A DNA stretch of 64,000 bases, taken from assembly GCA_038087875.1 (NCBI GenBank), contig CM075990.1, forward strand, positions 15,316,001-15,380,000, written 5' to 3'. Of the stretch, positions 38,623-52,401 are shown one piece after another (positions within the stretch are counted from its first letter, which is position 1; each line of letters begins with the position of its first letter). The notes under the pieces were generated by a model. The model made no database searches. It was not told the DNA's origin and saw only the letters and a list, made by a program, of their open reading frames with translations. The position numbers and the translations under genes are program-made. This stretch comes from Malacoraja senta. Taxonomy: Eukaryota.

Positions 38623-39040
38623 CAATAGACAATAGGTGCAGGAGTAGGCCATTCGGCCCTTCGAGCCAGCACCGCCATTCACTGTGATCATGGCTGATCA
38701 TCCACAATCAGTACCCCGTTCCTGCCACCTCCACATATTCCTTGACTCCGCTATCTTTAAGAGCTCTCTCTAACCCTCTCCTGAAAGCATCCAGAGAATT
38801 GGCCTCCACTGCCTTCTGAGGCAGAGAACTCCACAGATTGACAACTCTCTGGGTGAAAACGTTTTTCCTCATCTCCGTTCTAAATGGCCCACCCCTTATT
38901 CTTAAACTGTGATCCCTTGGTTCTGGACTCCCCCAAAATCGGGAACATGTTTCCTCCATCTAGCGTGTCCTATCCCTTAATAATTTTATATGTCTCAATA
39001 AGATCCCCTCTCATCCTTCTAAATTCCAGTGTATACAAGT
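38623..39040 (-). mobile_element. CR1 LINE 3' fragment
   Basis: HSLRIRGGPFRTEMRKNVFTQRVVNLWSSLPQKAVEA. Confidence 0.92.
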
Positions 39041-39479
39041 CAGTGTGCCTCTAACGTGAATACAATTTTGTTTTCAGTAGTCAACCATATACATAGAAAA
39101 TAAAATCCTTTTAATAAAATGGAACTGCTGGAGGGAGTTCTTAGCCAAAATCCCCCACAGCAGGGAATATCAATCAATCAATCAATCAATTTTATTTATA
39201 TAGCACATTTAAAATAAAATAAACTGGGAGCTGTGACTCTTTGATGACACTGGCTGCCTTTAATCTGACTTTTTCTTGCCCTAAATGTTGTTCCCTTTAT
39301 CCACACCTGTACACTGTGGATGGCCTGACTGTAATCATGTATAATGTTTTCTTTGATTGGATACCACACAACAAAAAGCTTTTCACTGTACCTCGGTACA
39401 CGTGACAATAATAGACTAAACTAAACTAAACTTAAGCTGCCCAGTTTTCAAAATGCTTCTCAAAATGATGTCCAGGTGC

Positions 39480-39710
39480 AAGGGCTGCCTTTTTCAAGCA
39501 ATGCCTCCTATGGATGCCTTCGATGGTGAGGAGATCAGTACCTGTGATGGACCGGGCAATGTCTACCACTCTCTGTAGTCCCCTTCATGCCTGGGTTGTT
39601 TGAGTCGTTGATCCATGTGGTAATGCAACCAGTCAGCCTGCTCTCTACCGTACACTTGTAGAAGTTCAACAGAGTATTCATCATCGTGCTGAATCTCCTC
39701 GTTTGACTCT
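39480..39710 (-). mobile_element. Degenerate Rex/Babar RT C-terminal fragment
   Basis: TLLNFYKCTVESRLTGCITTW. Confidence 0.7.
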
Positions 39711-40509
39711 TCGTCTTGAAAATCTGACATCTACTGGGATCCATTCAAATTAATTAATACATATTATAGATGAACAGACAGTTTTATTTCTTGAATTCTT
39801 ATTTCATTAACTATGAATCAAGAAGAGGCATTTTAAATATAGAGCCCAGCTTGTTGCATGACCAGATCTCAATTCTCCTGATGGATTTGTATTATAATCT
39901 CAAGTAAAATAATGAGTTTTATTTATTTTTATTTTTTATTCTAATCTAAATTTGTAGGTCGAGGTGGGGGGTGGGGGATGGTTGGGGTGCGGGGAGGTGC
40001 CATGGCCTCCAAAGTAATTACACACTACTCCTAGACATTGCTGCTGTTGTGGTCATTCAAGGTCCAAAAGTCTCTGACTATAATGAAAAATGTGACACTA
40101 TTAGTGCTGTGGATTCATGAGACTGTCAGATAGTCACTATATTCAGTAACTAATAGGCTTAAAGTGTGCAACCATTACAGATTTTTGTGAATAAATTGTA
40201 AATCAGTATGGATCTTTTTATTGATTAACCTTCATTTCTTAGACATTTATGATGCAAATGACACAATCTTGCTAGCTGTATATGTTATAATAGATCGCAC
40301 AATGAGGCAGGATTTAATTTGGCCTGAATCCTTAATATGCTATTTCTGTATTTATGACACAGACGTGACACCATTTTTGTTACTAATATATTGTAATACC
40401 TCCTATCTGAGTATGCGGTAGCATGGATCAAAACTGCTTTCAACTCATTCATTTATTTGGCAAATAGTGTTCATTTATTTTATATTATGATTGTAAAACG
40501 TTTCTATAA

Positions 40510-41030
40510 CATAGAACAGTACAGCGCAAGAACAGGCCCTTCAGCCCATTATGTCTGTACCGAGCATGATGATAAGACCAACATTTATCTGCCTGCACAT
40601 AATCTGTGTCCCTCCACTCCAGACGTAACCATGTGCTTATCCAAATGTCATTTAAATGCCACCATTGTATCTGCCTTCTTCACCATTCCCATCAGCACAA
40701 TCCATTCAATCACCACCCTGTACATAAACAAAAACTTGTCCTACACATCTCCTTTAAACATTTCCCCTCTCACTCTAAGCCAATGCCCCCTAGCATTAGA
40801 TATTTCCATCCTGATAGTAAACTCTGACTGCCTACCCTCTCTGTGACTCTCATAATTTAACATACTTCTACAGATCTTTCCGCAACCTCTGGTGTTCCAG
40901 ATAAATCAATCCAACTCTGTCCGATTGCTCACACCCTCTATTCCAGGCAACATTCCTCTGCACCTTTTTCCAAAGAATCTACTTCCAAAGAAACATCCTC
41001 AGCACCTTTTTCCAAAGGATCCACTCCCTT
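40510..41030 (-). mobile_element. Old CR1 3' fragment
   Basis: catagaacagtacagc...aacaggcccttcagccc and degenerate ORF2 sequence. Confidence 0.75.
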
Positions 41031-41059
41031 CCAATTGATCGATGAGAACTGGATGCTGC

Positions 41060-41252
41060 ATGCCTTGATTTGGTCTTTTTGTACCTTTTCATACCTCTGG
41101 TTTCTCTCTCCCTTGACTCTCAGTCTGAAGAAGGGTCTCGACCTGAAACGCACCTCTTCTATTTCTCCAGAGATGCTGCCTGACCCGCTGAGTTACTCCA
41201 GCATTTTGTGTCTATCTTCGGTATAAACCAGCATCTGCAGTCCCTTCCTACA
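41060..41252 (+). mobile_element. Penelope pLTR fragment
   Basis: cagtctgaagaagggtctcgacctgaaacg...gagatgctgcctgacccgctgagttactccagc. Confidence 0.85.
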
Positions 41253-43721
41253 CATAATACTCCAAAATGCAGCCTAACCAAAGTCCGATGAAGCTGCATA
41301 CGAAATTAATATATTTTTCTAAAGAAGAAGACCTCAAAGCGAGAATAGATATCTCCATATCTCCCAATGGGGAGATTTTAAATGAAAATATTGACGAAAT
41401 AGGAACAAAATCAGAAGTGTTGATTTCATGCATAAGCTGACTTGATGATGTAAATACTTTGGTGCTGGTTTTGATACCAGGTCAAGATCCTGCACTAGTT
41501 TCTGAGGTGTTGCAGTTTGTACCTTTAAAACTCCATTCTGTTTCCTCCTACGACAAACCTCATTTACAGACTATAATTCACGCATTTAATGTCAGGCTTT
41601 GATCAGTGGCCTGGCAACACCAAATAATAAATGCATTTTGTTCCACTGTGACAGAGTCTTAAAGAACAAATCGATGTTTTAAACAAAATAAGCAGGTTGC
41701 ACAAGGCCGTCTTTGTGAGCCCGAACACTAGCTACTGATTAATATAATTGCGTGTCTAAAATCATTTTTGCATTGAGGCCACACATTTAACATTGTAGAT
41801 TAATTGGTTGCCTCTGTTGCAAAAATTCTTAAACTGTTCCACACCATGTAACAAGCAATTTATGTTGCTGTTTATTGCACATTATAGCAAGCGAATGCAG
41901 TTTCGGAAAACATTTTTTTGTACCACTGCACCTTTAATTAGTTGCTCTTTGGCAATGTATAATACTGTACTGTAAATGGACAGGCCCCCGTGTCCTAATT
42001 TTATGCAGTGGAACTGCCAAGATTTGCTTCCAAGCATCCACTACAGTGAAAAATGGCATGCATTTTCCTGATAGTCCATGTGGTTGCAGAGTATAAATGG
42101 CTAATGAATTACAGATGAACATTGACGCAAATTAATCTTTTTGATGTCCCTAGGTTATATGGCAGGCATTTAAAAGTTTAATCAATACACTAAAGTTGAA
42201 AACATGCAGGCACTGCAGTTGTTTGGATGTAATAAACATTGGAGGAAAACTGGAGACTTGTACTCAGTGCATGTATCATAATGACAGGTATTTATGTTTA
42301 ATGGACTAAATATTTTTTACTGGAAGAGAACAAATGTCAGTTTAACTTTGAAGGTTCTGGATTTAAGTTAGCAATACAGTCTGAGGGAGGTAGATGTCAT
42401 CTGAAATAGTCTGTAAGGAAGCAAATATCTAAACAATATAATGACTGATTGGTTCTGCCTTCAGTTGGTTAATAATAATGAGGTGAAATAGTCGGGGGTT
42501 TTATTTTTACACATTAGCATTTTCACCATTCTGCAAAATGCGAGGCTGAACTGATTTTTGTTTTTCTTTTTCAGTAACCTAGGTTTAACTTTTTGATACA
42601 AGTTAACGTAATGTGTTGGTTAAGCAAGGAATATCTTTCCGAAACAACTGCTGGGTGAGCAGTAACTTTGAAGTCTTGTGTCAGTGCAGACTGATAAACA
42701 GTCTGGATGAGATATATCCAGTCTAAAGTAACAACTCTGCTACCCACCCCATCTTTGCTTCACCCCATAATTCAGTCTCACATATGGTTATGGATGTCTG
42801 TGCTCTATGAGTCTATCTTTTTTCTACAGGTATTATTTCAGTCCTTTCACATAATAAGGAAAGCTTAATTGCATTGTTAATTGATTTTTTTTTGCACAGT
42901 GTTATTACCATGATTGATTGCCATGTTGATGAAAATGTTAAATGCAGCCAAAGTTTAAAAAAAGCCAGAGCTGTAAGAATTGCCGAGCCTTGTGGTGAGC
43001 AGATAACCTTGATGTTAAGAGCTACATCCTTTGGATATGTCTTTCCTTGACATATTGATGGCTCTGGAATGGGGAAAGCTGATTGTATGCAGAATACAAT
43101 CATTAAACCCACTTCAGTAGGCTGTTGATTAATTTGTTTTTTCCTGAAGGTTCTAGTTAAATAGAAGGGCCTCGGTAACCTTAAGAGCGGCAATATTTCA
43201 GAGTGGAAATTGAGTATTAACTGATTATTTATCTTCGCTGCTTCCCTTCTTCACCTCCCCGCACATCAAAAAAAAAAATTATTTTCCCATCATCACTGCT
43301 GCAGAATAATCATTCAACACTGGTAGCTAATCTGAAGACAGCACATGCCCACATCAAAGCCAAGCGTGTCAATGTCAGTCAGGGATGTGAAGATGCCCTC
43401 CCTGTTTTAAACAAAGTATGACATATGAGGAACAAAGTGTTGATTGTTCCACTGCCAAATAGTACATAATGGAAACATTAGCTTCAAGATAACTTTTAAT
43501 CTGTCAGACTAATGGGTTCTTAATGTGCATTGGGGTTTAAATGTATGTCAGCCATGTCTGTATAAGGTAATATACTTGCAGCCCAAAGAGGATCTCAATG
43601 ACTGGATGCTCGACACAATATGGTTTATTATTGCGCATCAGCTCGTCACTTTCTTCCCGCGGACTTGGGGCTGCTTCTCGATTTTTCCACCAGCACACTA
43701 GATGAAGTGAAAACTTCAGAT

Positions 43722-43818
43722 GGTCTGAAGAAGGGTCTCGACCCAGAACGACACCTATTCCTTCTCTCCAGAGATGCTGTCTGACCCGCTGAGTTACTCC
43801 AGCCTTGTGTGTCTAACT
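43722..43818 (+). mobile_element. Penelope pLTR fragment
   Basis: gtctgaagaagggtctcgacccagaacgacacc... Confidence 0.82.
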
Positions 43819-44592
43819 TGAGATGGCCTGTTTGCTTTCCAGTTGCAGATGGACTCGAGCGCAGTTGGATATCACGTCATCACTAATACATTGAACCGAA
43901 ACCTTATTCGGGAAAGTGCATTTGTACGTTAATTAACCCCACTTGGAGATATCTGCACAAGTCTGTTTCACGGGCTGGCCTTGAATCCGTTCAGCACTTG
44001 CCTTTATGTTGTGTTCGACATGTGCAAAGGAAAATCCAAATGTCAACGTTTCCAGATCAGATTGCAGCCGATTAAATCTCCTCAGTGAACATGAGGAGAT
44101 GGATATAGAATCTGACAGTCTTTACATTTGTAATAGGCATCATCTGTACCTAATTTTGGTTTGTTAAGTTGTAAGTTATCAAAGTTAACATAAATAAATA
44201 GAATAAAGGCATATATTAAGAAAGTACATTTACATCACATTCCTCTTAGTGTCATTTTCAATTTGTCCATTCTGGACATGTAACTAAACAAGTTGGCACG
44301 GGCAGTGAATATATCTTTGGTCTCTACCAATTATTGCTTATGACATCTGGTGAAGCACCAGACAGTATCCCTTTGTTGGAATTGAATATGTTTTTCCTCA
44401 ACTGCTGTAATCCACACAAGTATGTTGCTATTATTTCAGATTTTTGTTGTTGTAATTGTGACTTCACACCACGGATTTGTTACACTACTGAAAATCCGGT
44501 GGAATAAATCTGTCCATCTCTGCCTTATTGATAACTTTCCCACGGTGAGAAAGATTGCCACACACACACACACACACACTGCATGGTGTGTA

Positions 44593-44917
44593 AGGGTGAC
44601 ACAGTGGCGCAGCTGGTGGACATCCGTCTCACAGCACCAGAGACCCAGGTCCGATCCTGACTTAGCAGCTCTCTGTGTGGAGTTTCCACGATCTCCCTGT
44701 GGCTTCAGGGCTTTCCTCCGAGTGCTCCAGTTTCCTCCCACACCCCAAAGACGTGCGGGTTTGTGGATTAATTAGCCACTGCATAAATTCCCCTAATGTG
44801 TAGGGAATGGATGGGAAAGTGGGATTACATAGAACTAGTGTGAATGGGTGATTGATGGTCAGCATCAACCCGGTGTGTCGAAGGGGCTGTGTCCATGCTG
44901 TATCTCCAAACTAAACT
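44593..44917 (+). mobile_element. HE1-type SINE
   Basis: tRNA-like head, central domain and (taaac) tail. Confidence 0.85.
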
Positions 44918-45077
44918 GGGATCGCAGGTCAATCAACCTGCTACCTTCATCTCAATGAGGAAACTAATTTTAGCCAAGCATCCCTTTTAGGGTAGGAACG
45001 ATTGATCGATATCCAAGATTGATCGATATCCAAGATCCCCACTACAAGCTTGTGGGCCGATGTTAATGAATCATGTT

Positions 45078-45446
45078 GGGTGACACAGTGGTGCAACAGT
45101 AGAGACCCGGGTTCCATCCTGACTACGGGTGCTGTCTGTATGGAGTCTGTACATTCTCCCCATGGCCTGCATGGGTTTTCTCTGAGATTTCCGGTTTCCT
45201 CCCACACGTAGGTATAATTGGCTTGGTATGGATGCAAATTGTCCATAGGTAGACACGAAAAGCTGGAGTAACTCAGCGGGGCAGGCAGCATCTCTGGAGA
45301 GAGTGAATGGGTGACCTTTCGGGTCGAGACCCTTCTTCAGACAATTGTCCCCAGTGTGTGTAGGATAGCAGGGATCGCCGGTCGGTACGGACTAGGTGGG
45401 CTGAAGGGACTGTTTCCGCACTGTATCTCTAAACTAAACTAAGCTA
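45078..45446 (+). mobile_element. HE1-type SINE interrupted by a Penelope fragment (45249-45342)
   Basis: Imperfect duplication aattgtccatag / aattgtccccag flanks the insert. Confidence 0.85.
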
Positions 45447-46059
45447 ATGTCTTCATTAATGATGCCCTAGTTGCATTCCAGTCAAGTATCATCCATTTTG
45501 CTTTCCTGTCGAGATGTGAGGAGGAATGTTTGTGAAGCAGAGTTTTGTGGAATATGGCCATCCAGACTCAGCAAATAACTGAAGGCAGCTCTGATAGCAG
45601 TTTACAAGAACATGTGTTATACATATGTTGTTGTGCATTCACAGTGTGGGTAATTTATCATTTCATCAAGTTTTTTCTCAGATTATTTCAATGCTCTATT
45701 GGACAACGAAAATTGGACAGGGGAAACAGAGTAAATATACTCAGATGGTCATTGTGTTTTTTTATGGATTCTAATCAATCACACTTGTAAACGAACACCT
45801 TCACCATCTCCCAAACTAATAATGCAGCGGCATTGTATGATTCATTACCGCGATTAAAAAGTCGACCATTGTCTGCCAGCCAATATTTGTTTTTGCATCA
45901 GTAATTTGGGAAGGATTTCATACATAATGCACCCATATGTCCAGTATCAAATTGTGTCAACCAGCCAGAAAGAGGCAGGGGGGAGGAAACTGCACTCAAA
46001 CGGATGGGAATCGTAATGTGACTCGAAATGAGAGAGACTTTAATTTACGATAATGTTGC

Positions 46060-46820
46060 CAGGACTCGTGGGCCTGTGCCACAGGGAGAGGTTTGGCAAG
46101 CGAGGACTTTATTCCTTGGAGCACTGGAGACTTTAAGAGGTGAGTTTATAGAAGCGTGCAAAATAATGAGGGGAATAGTTTATTTTAATTTTAGCTTTGA
46201 GTTACAGCACGGAAACAGGCCCTTCGGCCCATCGGGCCCATGACGACCAGCAATCCCCACACATTAATACTATCCACTGGGGACAATTTTTACATTTACC
46301 ACGCCGATTATCCTACAAACCTCTACGTCTTGGGAGTGTGGGAGGAAACCGAAGATCTCGGAGAAAACCCACGCAGGTCACAGGGGAGAACGTACAAACT
46401 CCATACAGACAGCACCCGTAGTCAGGATTGAACCCGGGTCTCCGGCGCTGCATTCGCTGCAAGGCAGCAAATCAATCGCTGCGCCAACGTGTCCGCCCTA
46501 ATAGATAGGATGAATGTACAGTCTTTTACCCAGAGCAGGGGAACCAAAAACCAAGGGGCATAGGTTTCAGATGAGGGGGGAAAGATTTAATAGGAACCTG
46601 GGCGTTACACAGAGAGTGGTGGGTAAATGGAACAAGCTGCTAGAGGAGGTAGTTGAGGCGGGTACTAAAACAATATTTATAAGACATTTGGATGGGTACG
46701 TGGACAGGAAGGGTTTCGAGAGATTTGGACAAATGCAGGCAGATGGGGCTAGAGTAGATGGGGCATCTTGGCATGGACAAGTTGGGCTGAAGGACCTATT
46801 TCCATGCTCTGTGACTCTAA
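46060..46820 (+). mobile_element. Old CR1 3' fragment split by an HE1 SINE (46189-46498, minus strand)
   Basis: LRGEFIEACKIMRGI...[SINE]...KTKGHRFQMRGERFNRNL..QRVVGKWNKL. Confidence 0.85.
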
Positions 46821-47328
46821 CTGAGAGATGAACTTCACTTAAGTAAACATAGGAATTGTGAAAATTGGTTCTACAGTTTAAACATTCTTTTTCAATAAAG
46901 TAACATCAATAAAATGTTGAAGGATAGTTGAGAAGATGGTTCCAGATGCCTCAAATGTTGAAGTTAACCCAGTTGTTCTATTGATGAAAACTCCAAGGTT
47001 AGACTGATGGGGCTGGGGACCTTCTCTTTGGGTCTAAGAGGATTGGGATAATGGTATGAAAAGACACCTTGAGGACTCTAGCAACTCTAATTATCTAACA
47101 ATGTGTCTCCTGTACGTACAGTATTTCCTACACCGGTTACGTTGTCAAGGTTTCGCCAATCCTACTGCAGATTTATTTTCCATTGGATGGCCAGTTCTTT
47201 GTCAATTGTAATCCCACAGATACTCGCAGAGAGATAGGGCAACAAAAGGTTTTATCAGACTCCACTCTGAACTAAGTTTATTACTGATGATACGTAGAGC
47301 TCATTGGTTAGAACCTACATCGGGTCTT

Positions 47329-47629
47329 GTGGCACGGGCAGCTCAGTGGTGCAGCGGCAGAGTTGCTGCCTTACAGTACTTATAGCGCCAGAGACATGGG
47401 TTTGATCCCGACTCTGGATGCTGTCTGTACGGAGTTTGTATGACCGTGTGGGTTTTCTCCGAGATCTTCGTTTTCCTCCCACACTCCATTGACTTGCAAG
47501 TTTGTAGGTTAATTGGCTTGGTTTATGCATGTGTGTAGGATAGTGCTAATGTGTGGGGGATTGCTGGTTAGTGCGGACTCATTGGGTCGAAGGGCCTGTT
47601 TCTATACTCTATCTCTAAACTAAACGAAA
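47329..47629 (+). mobile_element. HE1-type SINE
   Basis: gtggtgcagcggcagagttgctgcc...tctctaaactaaac. Confidence 0.88.
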
Positions 47630-47639
47630 CATGCCCTGT

Positions 47640-48063
47640 AAGATAGACACAAAATGCTGGAGTAACTCAGCGGGACAGACAGCATCTCCGGAGAGAAGGA
47701 ACGGGTGCCTCCACCTGCCTCAGAGGGTGGTGGAGGCAGGTTCTCTGGATGCTTTCAAGAGAGAGCTAGATAGGGCTCTTAAAAATAGTGGAGTCAGGGG
47801 ATATGGGGAGAAGGCAGGAACGGGGTACAGATTGGGGATGATCAGCCATGATCACATTGAATGGCGGTGCTGGCTCAAAGGGCCGAATGGCCATACTCCT
47901 GCACCTATTGTCTATTGTCTATTGTCTGTTGTGACGTTTCGGGCCGACCCAAAATGTCAACCCATTCCTTCTCTCCAGAGATTCTGCCTGTCCCGCTGAG
48001 TTACTCCAGACATTTTGTGTCTTTCTTCGGTTTAAACCAGCATCTGCAGTTCCTTCCTAAACA
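47640..48063. mobile_element. Penelope palindrome with a CR1 3' end (about 47713-47928, +) inserted near its centre
   Basis: pLTR arms flank LPQRVVEAGSLDAFKRELDRAL...(ctattgt)n. Confidence 0.85.
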
Positions 48064-48867
48064 TGTTCTATAATGTGACCCCTCTCAAGTAGTGCAGTGA
48101 TGGGGGGTTAGGAGGGTCAAAATATTGACAGTGGTTCCCTCTCTTATCATCATTCTCCTTATGTGGAGATCGACCTTTCTTTCCATAGTGTCCATGTTGA
48201 GTCAACCTCTTGGTGCATCTGACTGCTGGCAGAGGCAGAAACAACAGTGGCATTACCAATAACTATTAGATAGTATTAGCAAAGTCATTCATGCCTGCTT
48301 GGATGTTGATTATTGGATGTATAATTCAATAGCAGTTGAGTACTGCAGAACAGAAGGGAGAAAGAAACCATTTCATTAATTCCCAATGAAAGAGCTTTGC
48401 TCAGTTTCAATGATCGTCTTGTAGGCTGCTTCAAATAAGGCACAAAAAAATGATACAATGCACAATGATGGCACATCATTAACAAGCTAGTTAAACCATT
48501 ATTCCCCAATTAATCCCAAAACAATCACTCTCAGGGGTTTCTTATATTTGAAAAAAAAAGGACCTATTTAATAGAAATAAGACAAAATATTAAGTGTTTT
48601 ACAAGTTTCCGGAACCTCACCCTCTCAGCCACGTTGTACTCACTCTGTCTACAATCTCCTCCGGTTCTTTGCAAGCTAAAGTTTGACTGTTCAGAAGCAA
48701 CACTTCCTTTCATAAGCAAATTGTCTCTTTATTTGCATGGCAACTTGAATTCCTATTTTAAATTGGTATTTCTTTTTATTGCCCCTTTGAACTTGAGGTT
48801 TATTAGGTGCATGTGAAAGCTGTAAAATTGATTTGTTATTGAATCAAAGCCACACTGCCTGGTGTGG

Positions 48868-48953
<86 letters not shown>

Positions 48954-48958
48954 TCTCT

Positions 48959-49033
<75 letters not shown>

Positions 49034-49197
49034 CCTCTCTCTCTCTGTCTCTATCAGTCTCCGTGTATCTCTGTCTCTGTCTCTCTCTGTCTCTCTGACT
49101 TTGTCTCTGTATCTCTCTCTGTCTCTCGTCTCTGTCTCTGTCTCTCTCTCTCTCTCTGTATCGTTCTCGCTCTCTTCTATCGCTCTCTCTCATTCTC

Positions 49198-49285
<88 letters not shown>

Positions 49286-49307
49286 TCTATCTCTCTCTCT
49301 CATTCTC

Positions 49308-49373
<66 letters not shown>

Positions 49374-49435
49374 CTCTCTCTCTCTCTCTCTCCCTCTCTC
49401 TCCCTCTCTCTCCCTCTCTCTCCCTCTCTCTCTCT
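48868..49435. repeat. Compound (CT)n/(GA)n microsatellite, about 570 bp
   Basis: Directly visible. It explains the SL- and RE-repeat ORFs. Confidence 0.99.
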
Positions 49436-51569
49436 GTAAACCCAATGCTTTGGGTAAAAAAATATATATTAACCAATTTCAAAGCCCAGGAGTTCAGAAA
49501 TTTCAGCTGACTTTTACTGTCACTAGCTCGAGCACCTTTATCCCCAGGCGAACTACAGCAGCTGGAATTTATTTCCCACTGCCAGACAGTCCGGCTGCCT
49601 TACAATACATCCAGAAATTCACTTTCTTTAATATTCCAACCCATTATTCGAGGTGACAGCTGCTCGCATGTTGCTGTACAGAGCACCTCAAGTAGCAAGA
49701 GTTATCAGAAAAATGAGTGTCCCGTCATTGCAAGCTCACAATGTAGAATGACTGAGGTTATCCTAAGGCCTCCGAGTCCCAACATCCCTGACAGAACCGC
49801 TGGTAACATAAAAACTTGACTACAGTTTGTAATGTTGTCTGGGGAAAGCTAGGCGGAGGAGCAGCAGAGGACGCTGCAAGTGATAGGCAATGATGTCAGA
49901 TTCAGTTAGGAGTGCAGACAGTGTTGGAATATGGTTGGCACTAATATGGTACCAGTATCTTTCTCCTCATCTCTGTTTTCTGTCACGACTCACAATTCTG
50001 GGCCTGTCTCCACAACTGACAGTGTCTTTTCAGATCAGGTTATTGCCAGCACAGAGTGCACTTTGCACATCATCACTCAGCTGTTTTGTTTGAAGCCACG
50101 TCTTTTGTCATTAATGCACTTGATATCTATTTAAAACTGACGGAGAATATGTGATCTGTTTTCCTGTCTCGAGATCATTGACAATATTAATACCACATGT
50201 CTTTGCTTCATTTTCTAAGCGCTGACACCTAGCTGCAGTCTCTTGCATGCATCAAGTGGCTCTTTCACCGGTATGTCTGTTAGCAGTCCTGCTTCTAATC
50301 CGTCAGCAACACCACCAGATAGCAATCACTAACTGTTAACATAAGCTCCAAAAACATATCCTTAACAAGTCACTTCATTTATTTTGGTTTGGTGGCGACG
50401 GCGAGGTGGATGAGATGAGTGCCAGGTTCAAGGAAGGAAGGCACGCTAAGCCTGGCGTATAAAAGGGCAAATGCCCAAAAGTGTTTCTGGAAAGGATTTC
50501 TGCGAATAGCCTGAAGACGTCGAGCATTGAACCTTGTCCTGATAATCCCGGAGTTATGATTTTTGCAACCGAGCAAGTCCTGAGCTACCGAGATGATCAA
50601 TAGAGTGATTCTGGAGTTGAGTTCCATGCCTGGTTGACCTGTTGGGCCAAAGTGTAAATGGCAAGCAGACCATCATTAGACTGGTTTGCTGCAGGGCACT
50701 GATCATTGTTACGGCACCGTTGTATCATTTTGCTCTCTATTTCCCAGCTACAACTTCGTGCTCTGGAAGAAGTGAGAAAAAGGTAAAGCATAAAACTGAC
50801 GCTAAAATTGCAATGTACCGTATTGTCAGGATCTTGACATCACTGAGAAAACCAGCATTTATTGACTATCCCTAATAGAGTGGCTCCTTGGGCAATTTTT
50901 GAGTCACCAACATTTCTTTGCAGATAAGAAATCATATTAAGGTTTTGCAAATAGAACAAAGATATGTGGCAGTTTAATGAGCCAGTCAAATGACAATATA
51001 TCGGATGCATAGAATTAATCAATAATTTAATATTTAACATTTTGGGTGTCAGGACAAGCGAGAAATAAATTTCATCTTTTGGACAGTTGACACATCATCC
51101 TTGCGCATTGGTTCTCTCTCCCTGAGATAAACGCGATAGTGCCATACATCTCCTGAGTCATTATTTTCCCACATGTAATCTTTTCAAGGATTCTGTTTCC
51201 CTCCTTGACACTGTTCAATCATCATTTCTCTCCACGAGCCTGTCAATTCCTTCTGGAGATCATTGTGAGTGATGTTCTTCTCCTGAGATCAGTCCTCCCT
51301 GACATCTGGGGAGAAAAATGATAGACTGACTTCGCGTGCGGCTAAAAGACTAAAATGGATCCATGATGGGAAAAAAATGTCGACCAAATTAAATTACACA
51401 AAGCTTGCCAATTTATTACAAGAGAGATACAGCTTAACTATTTGAAGAGCGTTATTTTCCCTTTGCGTTCGTAGGTAACGGCCTTTGTCCTCGGCTAGAT
51501 TGTGTATGAAAAAAGAATGAAAGCAACTAAATCTATTTCAAGGAGCAGGGAAGGTATTTAATGGGACTT

Positions 51570-51906
51570 TTTAGCTTTTAGTGTGGAGATATAGTGCGGA
51601 AACAGGCCCTTTGGCCCAATGCATCTGCGCCAACCAGCAATCCACGCACACGAACACTATCCTGCACACATTAGGGACAAGTTGAACACAGTCTGAGGAT
51701 GGGTCTCGACACTACACGTCTATTCCTTTTCTCCAGTGCCGCCTGACCCGCTGAGTTAAGCGGGTTCCAGCTCTCTGTGTCTATCTTAGGGACAATTTGA
51801 AATTTTACCAAGCTAATTAGCCTACAAACCTGCACGTCTCCCAGTGTGGGAGGAAATCGGAGATCCCGGTGAAAACCCACGCAGGTCACGGGGAGAACGT
51901 ACAAAG
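51570..51906 (-). mobile_element. HE1-type SINE interrupted by a Penelope fragment (51687-51785)
   Basis: 16-bp duplication ttagggacaa(g/t)ttgaa at 51671-51686 and 51786-51801. Confidence 0.85.
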
Positions 51907-52401
51907 TCCTTAGTTTGCAGAAAAAGCGACCATGTCCGAGAGAGTCACAGCACCACAGAATTGTACAACAGTGAAACAGGCTCTCCAGGTGCTGAACATA
52001 AAACACCCATCAACACTAATCCTACACCAATCTCAAATTATTCTCCTCTCATTCCATCAACTCCTCCCCAAATCCTACTATTCTCCGACACACGAAGGGC
52101 AGCACTCCGTGTAGCTGCTGGTAGAGCTGCTGCCTCAAGTCGCCAGAGACCCAGGTTCAATCCTGGCCTCTGCTGCTGCCTATGTGGAGTTTGCATGTTC
52201 TCTTCATGGGTCATAACGTTGGAGGTGGCGGCTGCGGGAGGCCCTACAGCAGCCGGGCGAGGGAATGGAGTAAGCGCAGCATGCGGCAGCTACACGGGGT
52301 GGCGGTGGAAGGGGCCGATGGCATCACTCTGGGCCAGGCCCACCCCTACTTCACCCATCTCTGTGTGCTCTTCCCGCATTCACGTAGATGGTCAACAAGA
52401 A

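Noticed and set aside
45000..45036. 17-bp tandem duplication (also a ~20-bp one at about 63895-63932)
   Set aside because: Ordinary local slippage duplications.
48753..49510. Long ORFs of SL and RE repeats
   Set aside because: They are translations of the (CT)n microsatellite.
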